Part shown: piece after piece, positions 45,284-54,558 of the stretch | Numbering within the stretch: position 1 is the stretch's first letter | Layout of the letters: every line of letters starts with the position of its first letter | DNA from: a virus | Strand: one strand, 5' to 3' | DNA: 64,000 bases | Virus record (IMG/VR): IMGVR_UViG_3300021364_000016 | Coordinates: 4,494 to 68,493 of that record | Program-made: the position numbers and the translations under genes | Notes under the pieces: generated by a model | Told to the model about the DNA's origin: nothing | The model's database searches: none | The model's input: only the letters and a program-made list of their open reading frames with translations

Positions 45284-45497
45284 GGTGCCACTTTTCTGTT
45301 CCAAGGTAAGTGGCCAACCCGTCAAACTATGCCGCTAAGGCGTAATCTGAAGGAGCAAAGTTATCGTTTGCATTTACTTTTTTGAAGACTCAAACATCTG
45401 TCGATCCTAGTTCGCCCCCATAAAAAGACTCTCGTCTAAAGTATTTTGGTGGAGGCGCCGGGTACCGCCCCCGGGTCCAGTCTGCCCTCTAACATCT
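45284..45497 (-). ncRNA. ssrA: Two-piece (circularly permuted) tmRNA; tag (A)NDNFAPSDYALAA
   Basis: Acceptor piece ...GACCCGGGGGCGGTACCCGGCGCCTCCACCA (CCA 45447-45449) precedes the coding piece GGGGGCGAA..GGATCGAC (from 45419); G3-U70; tag ORF 45327-45371; outer ends approximate. Confidence 0.93.
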
Positions 45498-45504
45498 TCA
45501 ATCT

Positions 45505-45548
45505 TATTTATATTATAACACAACTAAAAGCAAAAGTACATATAAATA
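45505..45548. promoter_or_regulatory. tmRNA promoters (late 45505-45512; sigma70 TGTACT-17-TATAAT) and a divergent + late promoter (45541-45548)
   Basis: Exact motif matches in the intergenic region. Confidence 0.65.
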
Positions 45549-45625
45549 ATCATGAAAACTTGATTTTTATCATTTCCGAATATCTTTGATTATCATTATG
45601 TTTAACTCAAAATAGAGAAGACTAT

Positions 45626-46105
45626 ATGATAGAAATAGCAGCAGCCTTATCAGCAGCAAACGCAGCATTTAGCGCGATTAAGAAAGGCGTGTCGGTAGGA
45701 CAAGATATTGAAAATATGGCTGGTACTCTCGGCAAATGGATGGGAGCTGTCAGTGATATCAAAAAAGCTGAAGAGCTAAATAAAAACCCTCCGCTATTTA
45801 AAAAATTGTTTGCATCAGGTTCTGTAGAAGAAGAGGCGATGCAAATCTTTATGGCAAAGAAAAAAGCCGAAGATATGCGAGAGCAACTGAAACAAATTAT
45901 AATTTATTCTAGAGGTATGAATGCTTGGCAAGAATTATTAAGAACAGAAGCCGATGTACGAAAAAGAAGACAAGCAACAATTTATGCACAGAAGGAAAGA
46001 CAAAAGAAGTTAATTGATGGAATATTAATTTTTGCTCTTATTCTCGTACTAGGTGGAGCAGTTATAGGGTTTATCATGTTATTACAATCTACAGGTAAAA
46101 TTTAA
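45626..46105 (+). CDS. Coiled-coil protein with C-terminal TM
   Basis: A..AF.AIKKG, SVEEEA, hydrophobic C-terminus. Confidence 0.65.
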   Translation: MIEIAAALSAANAAFSAIKKGVSVGQDIENMAGTLGKWMGAVSDIKKAEELNKNPPLFKKLFASGSVEEEAMQIFMAKKKAEDMREQLKQIIIYSRGMNAWQELLRTEADVRKRRQATIYAQKERQKKLIDGILIFALILVLGGAVIGFIMLLQSTGKI

Positions 46106-46117
46106 AGGAACAGTCAA

Positions 46118-46657
46118 ATGCGTTTATGGCAAATATTATTTGCTAGTTTAATCTTATTGAGTTCAGCCAGTTATGCTGAACCAATAGTAACAGAATCAAC
46201 ATCTAATAGCACAGTTACTACAAAAGGCAAAACAGAAACTACGGTGAAATCACCACCAGCTTCTGCAATATCACCAGCAATTAGTGGATCTAATAGTGAT
46301 CTATGTACAACTGGCGTAAGTGGTGCAGTACAAACTCAAATACTCGGCATCTCTAGTGGAGCTACAATTCGAGATTTAAATTGTGAAAGATTAAAACTTG
46401 CGAAAACAATTTATGATATGGGTATGAAAGTTGCTGCAGTTTCTATTATGTGTCAAGATGCTAGAGTATTTAATGCTATGGAAATGGCAGGAACTCCGTG
46501 TCCTTATCTTGGTAAGATAGGAAAAGAAGCACAAAAGGGTTGGGATGAAAATCCAGATTTAAAACCTATGCCAGAACAGGAGCAAAGAAGAAATGATACA
46601 GCTAAAGGCGCTGCTATGGGTGCTGCTGGTTTGGGTCTCCTTCTCCTCTTACTCTAA
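46118..46657 (+). CDS. Secreted/membrane-anchored Cys-containing protein
   Basis: Signal peptide; SPP.SA, DLC..GVSGAVQTQILG, CERLKL, AGTPCP; C-terminal TM. Confidence 0.7.
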   Translation: MRLWQILFASLILLSSASYAEPIVTESTSNSTVTTKGKTETTVKSPPASAISPAISGSNSDLCTTGVSGAVQTQILGISSGATIRDLNCERLKLAKTIYDMGMKVAAVSIMCQDARVFNAMEMAGTPCPYLGKIGKEAQKGWDENPDLKPMPEQEQRRNDTAKGAAMGAAGLGLLLLLL

Positions 46658-47987
46658 GGCAGACACAACATCTGATTTATTAGAACCAAGCGCACAAAAC
46701 TGGAGTGGAAACTATGGAACAGGATATTGGGGTGGCACGTCTGGCGGGCCAGATCCAAATAGACTTCCGACTGATTCGGGATTTATATGGAGTTATGGCC
46801 AAAGCGCTATCAGTACTACCATTGCTATTAATAATGCATTACAAGAACAAGGCGTCCAAGTTGAAGGATATCAATATAAATGGAAAGTAAAGAATGGTAA
46901 TGCAAATGAGTACACAAACCAGCCTGGTATTGATCCATTTGATATAACTGTAGAAATTTATAAAGCAGACGGTAGTTTATATCGAACATACAGTTATGAT
47001 TACGGCTTTTCTCATGACTGGACTCTTCATCAAGGTACAGAATTATTTCCAGATAGTTTCTTACCACCATCTTTTTTCGGCAACATCGATGTAACAGCAG
47101 AAGGAGTTGATAACGGTAATTGGGCAGGTTGGTACGGACCAGAGTTTAATGTTGATCAATCTGAATTTAGTCTAATTTATTCTGCAAATCCTTGTTATAA
47201 TAATCCATTATATGATCCAGCTTGTATTGGATATGCAGAAGCATATGCACAGCAATTATATGATCAGCAATGTCAAGCAAATGCTTTATATGATACTGGA
47301 TGCCCAGGTTATGCCGCTGCTAATTTTACTCAACAATGTACTATTGATCCTTTATACGACGCAAATTGCCCGGGATATGCTGATCAAATTTTAGCATTAA
47401 CTCAAGAAGAAGATCACCACCACGAGGAGGAAGAATGGACTGGACAACCTGATATTATAGAGCCAGAAGATGTATATGAACCTGCAATCACTGGCGATAT
47501 TACTGTAGATTCTATATTAGGAGATTTCAATGAATTACCTATTACAGTGGTTGAGGTGGAAGTGGATGAGATTCAACCAGAACAAATTACACAAGAAGTT
47601 GAAACAACAGAGTACCCTGAAACCATTACAACCACAAGTTCATCAGAAGAAACTGTAACAAATAATCCGTTTGAAAAGAATAGAGAAAAAGATGAGAGTA
47701 AAGAAAAAATAAAAGAACTTGTTACAGAAAAAGCTATGAATTTAGCTAACACAATGAGTAATGCTGCAAGTTTAGATCAACAAAAACTTATGCAAGCAGA
47801 AATTTTAGTCTTAATGGATTTTACACCAGGTTTTTACAAGTATGGTTATACACTTGCTGGTGGTGCTATTCCTGACGGACAATTATATAAACCTAAATCA
47901 TTACCTGAATCACGTCGTGGATTAAGGAATGGACTGGCACAACAAATACTGCATGAAAAAATGGTAGACATGCAATGGGAGAACTAA
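46593..47987 (+). CDS. Secreted acidic protein with three Cys repeats
   Basis: Signal peptide; C..N/DP/ALYD..C.GYA x3; acidic linker. Confidence 0.7.
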   Translation: MIQLKALLWVLLVWVSFSSYSKADTTSDLLEPSAQNWSGNYGTGYWGGTSGGPDPNRLPTDSGFIWSYGQSAISTTIAINNALQEQGVQVEGYQYKWKVKNGNANEYTNQPGIDPFDITVEIYKADGSLYRTYSYDYGFSHDWTLHQGTELFPDSFLPPSFFGNIDVTAEGVDNGNWAGWYGPEFNVDQSEFSLIYSANPCYNNPLYDPACIGYAEAYAQQLYDQQCQANALYDTGCPGYAAANFTQQCTIDPLYDANCPGYADQILALTQEEDHHHEEEEWTGQPDIIEPEDVYEPAITGDITVDSILGDFNELPITVVEVEVDEIQPEQITQEVETTEYPETITTTSSSEETVTNNPFEKNREKDESKEKIKELVTEKAMNLANTMSNAASLDQQKLMQAEILVLMDFTPGFYKYGYTLAGGAIPDGQLYKPKSLPESRRGLRNGLAQQILHEKMVDMQWEN

Positions 47988-48614
47988 ATGGCTGAACAAA
48001 CAGAAATGGAAATTGCTGGAGTAAAATTTAAAGGTGGTAAAATATTCTTAGTACTTACTGCTTTATCTACTCTCGGTGGTGGCGCTTGGGCCACGTTTGA
48101 ATTCTATAAAGACTATATGGATATGAAGGAACAAATTCAAAACTATGTTGCTCCGGATTTATCTGGATTAAATACCAAATTAGAAGTATTATTAGAACAT
48201 CAGAAAACTGTAGAAGAGCATATGAACTTTGTAAGTAAAGAAATTGATTTATTTAAAGAAGAAATAGTTTATATTAAAGAGGCTTCTGATGAGCAAGTTG
48301 AATATGTAAAGGACATGAAAAATGGTATCCGAGAAGACATTCAAAGAGTCGAAAAGATTATGGATCAAGTTGAGGACGACATCAAAGAAGTAGAATCTGA
48401 CGTTCGTAAAATGATTACTAATGCAGAAGAAAGATTTGAAAATAAGAGAAATGCCTTACAGAATGATTATGATAATTCAAAAGAAAGATTATCACAGCAA
48501 AATAGAAATGACAGTAAGGATTTAAAAGATAAAGTAGAAAGGGATATGGAAGATCTAGAAGCTCGTATCACGAAAAAATTACAAAGAGCTTTGGATAATC
48601 CTTTAGCGAACTAA
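47988..48614 (+). CDS. TM plus coiled-coil protein
   Basis: TM near the N-terminus, long heptads, ALDNPLAN C-terminus. Confidence 0.7.
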   Translation: MAEQTEMEIAGVKFKGGKIFLVLTALSTLGGGAWATFEFYKDYMDMKEQIQNYVAPDLSGLNTKLEVLLEHQKTVEEHMNFVSKEIDLFKEEIVYIKEASDEQVEYVKDMKNGIREDIQRVEKIMDQVEDDIKEVESDVRKMITNAEERFENKRNALQNDYDNSKERLSQQNRNDSKDLKDKVERDMEDLEARITKKLQRALDNPLAN

Positions 48615-48835
48615 TGATACATGCTTTTTTATTAGTGATATTACTTGGCGACGTTGAACAAAGAAATGCGCCAATGTACTTTAGGAATATTAATGATTGC
48701 CATTATTTTGCGGAAAGAGTTGTAAAAAGATACGGTAATTATAAGTACAGTAGCCTTGTACCCGATAAGCACAAGGCTACTGCATATTGTAAAGTTATTT
48801 ACCTTGATCCTAAAAAGACACCTAATCTTTATTAG
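48614..48835 (+). CDS. Small secreted 2-Cys protein
   Basis: MIHAFLLVILL, YF..I.DC..FA, AYC. Confidence 0.55.
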   Translation: MIHAFLLVILLGDVEQRNAPMYFRNINDCHYFAERVVKRYGNYKYSSLVPDKHKATAYCKVIYLDPKKTPNLY

Positions 48836-49139
48836 ATCGATCATGGCAGGATAATGCTATAATCCCGTAATGAATTACTTTGAGGAGATCTGCGCGATTA
48901 TAGCCTTCTTTCTTGCCATAACGCTGCACGTACTTCAATACGTTACCTAAAGCAAAACCCATGCCATGACCCATTGATTCGATTATTTCAGTGGCTTGAT
49001 AGCCATTTTGAGCATAATGTGCAGAATAAGTCGAATCAATGTATTCCTTCATTTCTTTGAGAGTTCGATCCTCATGAAATGCATATTTTATCTTACTCAC
49101 TTCTTCAGCCTTCTTTTCTTCTTTCTTAAAGAAACCCAT
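48822..49139 (-). CDS. DUF3310 (SaV-like) protein
   Basis: YI.STY..HY, GF.LGN.LKY..RYGKK.G, DL.K..HY. Confidence 0.75.
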   Translation of the reverse strand: MGFFKKEEKKAEEVSKIKYAFHEDRTLKEMKEYIDSTYSAHYAQNGYQATEIIESMGHGMGFALGNVLKYVQRYGKKEGYNRADLLKVIHYGIIALSCHDRSNKD

Positions 49140-49344
49140 TATTAGGATCTCCTGATATATATCGATCGTAGTTATCTAGATCATTTTGAATAGTTTCCCA
49201 TTCTTCTACAGCAGCTTGATGCTGAATAGTCGCTGAGCTTTTAAATGCAGTATCTGCAAGTTTAATAAACTCATCGCGCGAAACGTTATAGTTTTCTTGT
49301 GCGAACTCTTGTCCTTCAAAGACAGCTTGACCCATTTTAGACAT
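49126..49344 (-). CDS. Early hypothetical protein
   Basis: MSKMGQ.V...QE; coupled ORF. Confidence 0.55.
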   Translation of the reverse strand: MSKMGQAVFEGQEFAQENYNVSRDEFIKLADTAFKSSATIQHQAAVEEWETIQNDLDNYDRYISGDPNNGFL

Positions 49345-49543
49345 CTCTTTCAACTCCATACATAAACATGTGATATCCAATCCATCCACCAATTAATGCC
49401 ATCGCGAAATTAAAAAGTGTTTCGCCAATTGATAGAGCATTTTCCATACACTTACCATCACAATCAGAACCAGCAGTACCCATTACTACTAGCGCTGAAA
49501 GCACCATAATTGTTACACCGACGATTTTAAACAACATTCCCAT
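49337..49543 (-). CDS. Small 2-TM protein
   Basis: AGSDCDGKCMENAL loop between TM segments; GAGGAGG SD. Confidence 0.55.
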   Translation of the reverse strand: MGMLFKIVGVTIMVLSALVVMGTAGSDCDGKCMENALSIGETLFNFAMALIGGWIGYHMFMYGVERDV

Positions 49544-49544
49544 A

Positions 49545-49739
49545 TCAAACCTCCTCAATGGTAATTTTATATTTCTTTCCATTCTCATCAGCTACTTCGA
49601 TAAACTTAGTAGTTGATTGCATGTAACCTTTATCAGCAAGGTCAAACTGAACTGGACCGCTTTTAAAGAAACCATCTGTATTCTTCTCAAGATTTTCTTT
49701 GATTGAATACGCCATCATGTCACAATATGCTAAGTTCAT
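49545..49739 (-). CDS. Early hypothetical protein
   Basis: Coupled ORF. Confidence 0.55.
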   Translation of the reverse strand: MNLAYCDMMAYSIKENLEKNTDGFFKSGPVQFDLADKGYMQSTTKFIEVADENGKKYKITIEEV

Positions 49740-50086
49740 TATTTGATTCCTTGTTCTTTAGCCGCAGCTATGATCATTGGAGTTAACATTTCTTCTACTC
49801 TGTCTTCCCACTGTTCCCAGCTAACTTTAGTAAAAGTGTTAACACTCCTTTGAGTTGGAGCATCTCCGAACACGCTTACAAATAAGCCTCTTTTGTTACC
49901 AAGACCATTGTTGAAAAGATCATAAGCTGCATTCTGAGCTCTCCTGAACTTTTCCAAATGCTTGTTCTTTGACATTGGACTTTCACATCTACCTTGCATT
50001 GGTAGAAGTTCTGTTAGTTGATTAGCCAAATTCTCATAACCTGAGTTAAGACCCCAACTATTTGTAAATAATTCTAACTGTTTCAT
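49739..50086 (-). CDS. Early hypothetical protein
   Basis: FRRAQN..YDLFNNGL motif; first gene after cassette 7. Confidence 0.7.
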   Translation of the reverse strand: MKQLELFTNSWGLNSGYENLANQLTELLPMQGRCESPMSKNKHLEKFRRAQNAAYDLFNNGLGNKRGLFVSVFGDAPTQRSVNTFTKVSWEQWEDRVEEMLTPMIIAAAKEQGIK

Positions 50087-50190
50087 AATATTCTCCTCAT
50101 CTTTTTTCATTTTATAAGTATATTATACCATACTTTTCTGACAATGTAAACAAAAAAATGCACTTTTTTCAAATAAAATGCATTTTTTTT
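50087..50190 (-). promoter_or_regulatory. Early promoter cassette copy 7
   Basis: TTTACA(50145-50150)-17-TATAAT(50122-50127); inverted repeats; GAGGAG SD. Confidence 0.85.
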
Positions 50191-50512
50191 CATTTAAATC
50201 TGTCCAGTATGGGACATTGATCCCTATATGTGCATTTTTGATAGAGTTCTATAGCAAGTTCAGCTGTAGAGACACAACCAGATAATAAGAATAAGATAGC
50301 TATTAACCTAATAACCATGGCGAACCAGTCATTGTAATATGAGTAAGTTCAGCCGCTACTAAAAGTGCTACAAAAATCATTTTGTCGCCTCTTGAATTAC
50401 TGTAGCACCTTTATGGATTCCTTGTTTTCCGATATCAACCATACCGTCAACATCGCCAGGGTTTAGATACAGATACGCAAATGCTGCACCTATAATCATG
50501 AAAAAGATTGCT

Positions 50513-51175
50513 TTAATCATTCTTATCACCTATGATTCCAAGTTCAATTTTAGTATTATTTTCAGACATAATACTATCTGCTTCATGTTTATCGTTAACT
50601 GACTTATCTAGATCTTGAAAAGCTTTAGTTGAACGAATCTTTGAGAGAAGAATACGATCTTTACGAAGTCTATTCATAATGATCTTATTTGCTTCATCGT
50701 CAGAATATTCAAGAAGAACATATGATCTGTAATTTGTACCATTGACTAGCACAGTAGACTTATCTACTCTGTAACCAGCGACATCAACATCTGCAATTAG
50801 ATTAGTTGTTGCTTTTTGTACTTCTTGAAGAATTGCTGCATCAACGTCATCACCAATTCTAGAAATAAAAGACTTTGTTTTAGATCTAACTCTGCCGTTA
50901 ATTCTATCAGCCAAAGTCGTTTTAGCATTTAGAATAGCAATGTCCATAGACAATTGAAGATCAGGTGAAGCTGAAGTACCAGAAGAATAAATAGCATCTT
51001 CATCCTTTGGCGGTGTTAGATACCATTCAGGAATAATAGCAACTTGCTCTTTGACTACCTCAACTTTTTCAGCATACGTTTCTGGAATGTTCTTTTCCAA
51101 AACCGATACTGATTTGGTTTGACTACATGCGCTCAGTGCCGCACATGCTGTCGCTAACATAATATAATTTTTCAT
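50513..51175 (-). CDS. Lipoprotein (LPP20-like)
   Basis: Lipobox ALSAC; IPEWY..PP, S.DLQ...D.A...AK..LAD. Confidence 0.7.
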   Translation of the reverse strand: MKNYIMLATACAALSACSQTKSVSVLEKNIPETYAEKVEVVKEQVAIIPEWYLTPPKDEDAIYSSGTSASPDLQLSMDIAILNAKTTLADRINGRVRSKTKSFISRIGDDVDAAILQEVQKATTNLIADVDVAGYRVDKSTVLVNGTNYRSYVLLEYSDDEANKIIMNRLRKDRILLSKIRSTKAFQDLDKSVNDKHEADSIMSENNTKIELGIIGDKND

Positions 51176-51184
51176 GACGTTCCT

Positions 51185-51757
51185 TTATCTGTTCATGTAG
51201 TTAAAAATAGAAAAAGCAGAAACTACCGAATCAATTAGATCTGGCGACCTCCTGTTTCTATCACTGTAAGTTGGTTCAGTGTATATAATACGTTCTGTCA
51301 CAACTGGTTCGCTGTAGATAACTCGCCTAGTAATCACTGGTTCATCATATACAATTTTTTTAACCGGTTCTATTTTTACCGGTGTCGTTATAGTTTGTTT
51401 TTGTTCACAAGACATATCTGTTTTAGCATTCAATATTTCTGGAGAAACTGATTGAATAACTTGTTGCTTTGCTTTTTGCATAGCATTTGTGCATGCTAAA
51501 TTTTCAGATATATCTGGACCAAAAACAAATTCTCCTTCTGCAGGATACGAAACACCGTCAATAAAAATATCCATTGTCATAATACATTTACGAGTATCGT
51601 CAACATATGGAAATACTTTTCTATCTACGTTTTCTGTTTTATCGATTTGTTTCGTAAATTGAGAATTTACTTTATGTGCATAATCACAAGGAGTTTCGGC
51701 AATCGCCGGTGAGCACATGTGCAAACTAGCTAAAATGCCTGCTGAAATAAATCTCAT
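51185..51757 (-). CDS. Secreted hypothetical protein
   Basis: Signal-like N-terminus, several Cys, repeated IVY.EPV units. Confidence 0.55.
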   Translation of the reverse strand: MRFISAGILASLHMCSPAIAETPCDYAHKVNSQFTKQIDKTENVDRKVFPYVDDTRKCIMTMDIFIDGVSYPAEGEFVFGPDISENLACTNAMQKAKQQVIQSVSPEILNAKTDMSCEQKQTITTPVKIEPVKKIVYDEPVITRRVIYSEPVVTERIIYTEPTYSDRNRRSPDLIDSVVSAFSIFNYMNR

Positions 51758-51910
51758 CTTAATTTCTCTCTTCAACAGAAAACTTTTTAACATCTTTATC
51801 TTTCAAAAGATCTTTTACGACAGAATCCATTCCTTTGAATGTTTCACGTCTAGTTTCCCATCTATCACCATTTCTCATAGTGGCAGAAATAATAAAGTAT
51901 TGTGGTAACA

Positions 51911-52225
51911 TTATACTAACTCCTCATCATGATCTAGTTCATCAAATCCTGCAGGAGCTACAACAAATGGCTTGTTGTTTTCATCTACAAGAATATCGCC
52001 AACTGAAATTGAATGCATTGGCTTATGTCTTGTGTACTTACTTTCAGGACCGATATTGCCAACTTCAAAAGCATCATCTAGAGTATCAACCGCAAGATCA
52101 GCAACATGAACATACTTGTTGATATGCTCGTTGATGTTAAATGATGGACCCATACCATACATGAATGGTGATGCTGGGTACATATTCTTCATTTCAGCTG
52201 AAGGAATCTGGTAAACTTTAATCAT
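51911..52225 (-). CDS. YodL-like early protein
   Basis: KVYQI, L..AF...N, MHSISVGDI, VA..GF. Confidence 0.6.
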   Translation of the reverse strand: MIKVYQIPSAEMKNMYPASPFMYGMGPSFNINEHINKYVHVADLAVDTLDDAFEVGNIGPESKYTRHKPMHSISVGDILVDENNKPFVVAPAGFDELDHDEELV

Positions 52226-52327
52226 AATTATCTCCTCGTTTCATTTTATAAGTATATTATACTATAAAAAAATACGTTTGTAAACAAAAAAATGCACTTA
52301 ATTTAAAAAAAAGTGCATTTTTTTTTT
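52226..52327 (-). promoter_or_regulatory. Early promoter cassette copy 8
   Basis: TTTACA(52279-52284)-17-TATAAT(52256-52261); inverted repeats; GAGGAG SD. Confidence 0.85.
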
Positions 52328-52330
52328 CTA

Positions 52331-52432
52331 TTATACAGCTCTAAGTCTAGGCCGTGATAGCAAAATTTTTATTTTCTGCTCTCGAGCATATAGTTTAGCA
52401 TTTTTTATTAATTGGAAAACTATCGTATTCAT
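52331..52432 (-). CDS. 33-aa basic peptide downstream of the glutamine riboswitch
   Basis: Not in ORF track: MNTIVFQLIKNAKLYAREQKIKILLSRPRLRAV; GGGAGGG SD. Confidence 0.6.
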   Translation of the reverse strand: MNTIVFQLIKNAKLYAREQKIKILLSRPRLRAV

Positions 52433-52462
52433 AACACCCTCCCTAGTTTTACCAGTTTGAGT

Positions 52463-52513
52463 GCGTTCCTTCAGCATTATGCCTACTTCCGTCTATATGA
52501 ATAGATGAACGAT
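52463..52513 (-). promoter_or_regulatory. Glutamine riboswitch (glnA RNA motif)
   Basis: ATCGTTCA-TCTAT..ATAGA-CGGAAGTA-GGCAT..ATGCT-GAAGGAACGC; late promoter at 52519-52526 just upstream. Confidence 0.85.
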
Positions 52514-52517
52514 ACTA

Positions 52518-52724
52518 TTATTTATATGAATTAACAAGTTTTTGCCAAGCTTCTTCAAATCCTTTTTCATATTCATGGAGAGGAGCTCCGTCTGAGCCCG
52601 CTCTCCATAATCTTGTGAAGTAACCGTCATAAGACTCTAAAGCAGATTGAGGAGAAACATTGAGATGGCCTTTAACCATCCAATATTGTCTATAAGCTGC
52701 CTTATGCTTATCGGTTAGCTTCAT
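52518..52724 (-). CDS. Hypothetical protein
   Basis: YRQYWMVKGHL; coupled ORF. Confidence 0.55.
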   Translation of the reverse strand: MKLTDKHKAAYRQYWMVKGHLNVSPQSALESYDGYFTRLWRAGSDGAPLHEYEKGFEEAWQKLVNSYK

Positions 52725-52872
52725 CCTTTTTTCTCTCTTGCCTTAATTTCCATAACATCCAATCATAATATCTTTCTGGTTCAGGATCATTAATCTCCAG
52801 TGGTTTAGGTTCATCTGGTAGTTCAACGTACTTTCCTGTACCTGTGATATCTTGAGTATATTTATTTGTCAT
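52708..52872 (-). CDS. Small hypothetical (54 aa)
   Basis: Not in ORF track: MTNKYTQDITGTG...PERYYDWMLWK; ATGA overlap with the BMP stop. Confidence 0.5.
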   Translation of the reverse strand: MTNKYTQDITGTGKYVELPDEPKPLEINDPEPERYYDWMLWKLRQERKKDEANR

Positions 52873-53879
52873 GGTTTAATTGCGTCAATTCCAGGTAAAT
52901 ATTCACTCATACCGAGTAATTCACCATCTGTAAATTGACCACCAAAAGGATCAAATTCACCTTTAGTAATTTTCATTTGAAGAGTTTCGGCAAGTTCTGC
53001 TAATTCAGGAGGCATGTTAGAATATTCTGCCATGTCTACCATACCAGTATCCATACCACCCCAAGTATCTTTTGACTTCCATGTTCCATCAATTACAGCT
53101 CTTACTCTTTCTACATAGTAAGGTCCCCAAACATCAAGAATAGAAGTCAATTGAGTATTTGGAGCAAATTGAATCATATCGGATGCTTGTCCAAAACCCA
53201 TTACTCCTGCCTTATATGCTGTCTGTAAAGGCGCAGGTGAATCTGTATGCTGTGTAATGATATCAGCGCCTTGACTGATTAAAACTTTTGTAGCATCGGA
53301 TTCTTTAATTGGATCATACCATGTATTTACCCAAATCACATCGATATCAAAATCTTTATTTACGCTTGTAGCTCCAAGATAAAATGCATTAATACCTCTA
53401 ATGACTTCTGGAATTGGAAAGGAAGCAATGTAACCTGCTTTACCGTTTTTACTCATATGACCAGCAATAACACCTTGGATATATCTACCTTGATAAAATT
53501 TAGAAGAATATACAGATAGATTGTCTGCTGTCTTATATCCAGTGGCGTGTTCGAATTTTACATTAGGAAATTCTTTTGCAACTTTAACCATTGGTTCCAT
53601 ATAACCGAATGATGTAGCAAAAACAATATCCATTTCTTGAGCCATGGATCTGATAACTTGTTCAGCTTCTGGCCCATATTTTACACTTTCAATATAGGAA
53701 GTTTCGACTTGATCTCCGAACTCTTGTTCGATAGCGAGTCTACCTTTATCATGCATGTAAGTCCAACCGTGGTCGCCAATTGGGCCGACGTATACAAATC
53801 CAACTTTTACAGGATCAGCATGCGCCGCTGAAAATAAGAATAATGACAAAAATGCCATTGCTTTAAAAAATAGTTTCAT
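52869..53879 (-). CDS. BMP-family ABC transporter substrate-binding protein (purine/nucleoside type)
   Basis: Signal peptide; KVGFVYVGPIGDHGWTY.H..GR, FATSFGYM, PIPEVIRGINAF, QHTDS. Confidence 0.9.
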   Translation of the reverse strand: MKLFFKAMAFLSLFLFSAAHADPVKVGFVYVGPIGDHGWTYMHDKGRLAIEQEFGDQVETSYIESVKYGPEAEQVIRSMAQEMDIVFATSFGYMEPMVKVAKEFPNVKFEHATGYKTADNLSVYSSKFYQGRYIQGVIAGHMSKNGKAGYIASFPIPEVIRGINAFYLGATSVNKDFDIDVIWVNTWYDPIKESDATKVLISQGADIITQHTDSPAPLQTAYKAGVMGFGQASDMIQFAPNTQLTSILDVWGPYYVERVRAVIDGTWKSKDTWGGMDTGMVDMAEYSNMPPELAELAETLQMKITKGEFDPFGGQFTDGELLGMSEYLPGIDAIKP

Positions 53880-53895
53880 TATTGAGTCCTTTCTT

Positions 53896-54558
53896 TTAAT
53901 GAACAAATTCTTTGATAATTGGAAAAACAGGTTCTAACACTTTAGCACACTCTTTCGCAACATCCATATGCTCTTTTTGAGTGCCATGTCCTGACCTTAA
54001 TTCAATGTAGTGAATCCATGAACGAAGTGTTCCATTCATATATATACGAGAAGTTGTGAGACCTTCTGGTAATACAGCTCTACGAACTTCTTTTGCAATA
54101 TTGTTTTCTGCTGCCCATTCGTAGGCTTTTCTTGCAGCAACCATTACTTCGGATTGTTTTTTTAGCCATTCCATTTTAAGATCTATATCTTGTGTAGGAA
54201 TACTATTCTGTCTATTTTTAGTATCTTGTAAACGTGGTTCAGACGATAAATGCATATCTAGTTCTGATGTAGGATCTGCATATCGTTGAGAAAATTCTTG
54301 AAACGAAAATGATCGATGTCTTAAAATTTGTCTAGCAATATCTCGGGTTGTTTCAATTTCTAAGCAAGCAGATACCATTTCGAACGGTGACCAGTGCCCT
54401 TCTTTTCTGAGATAGGCAAGTAACCTTTCTGACGTTTGAGTGTTGTTTTGGTTCGAGGGATTCGAGACACGGGCGCAATAAGCGACGACATCTTGTAACG
54501 ATTCACCAGCATTTAAATCCTCCACAGGTTGTGAATAACTAATCAATTTTACTTTCAT
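53896..54558 (-). CDS. thyX: Flavin-dependent thymidylate synthase
   Basis: HWSPFE, RQILRHRSFSFQEFSQRY, TQKEH. Confidence 0.95.
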   Translation of the reverse strand: MKVKLISYSQPVEDLNAGESLQDVVAYCARVSNPSNQNNTQTSERLLAYLRKEGHWSPFEMVSACLEIETTRDIARQILRHRSFSFQEFSQRYADPTSELDMHLSSEPRLQDTKNRQNSIPTQDIDLKMEWLKKQSEVMVAARKAYEWAAENNIAKEVRRAVLPEGLTTSRIYMNGTLRSWIHYIELRSGHGTQKEHMDVAKECAKVLEPVFPIIKEFVH

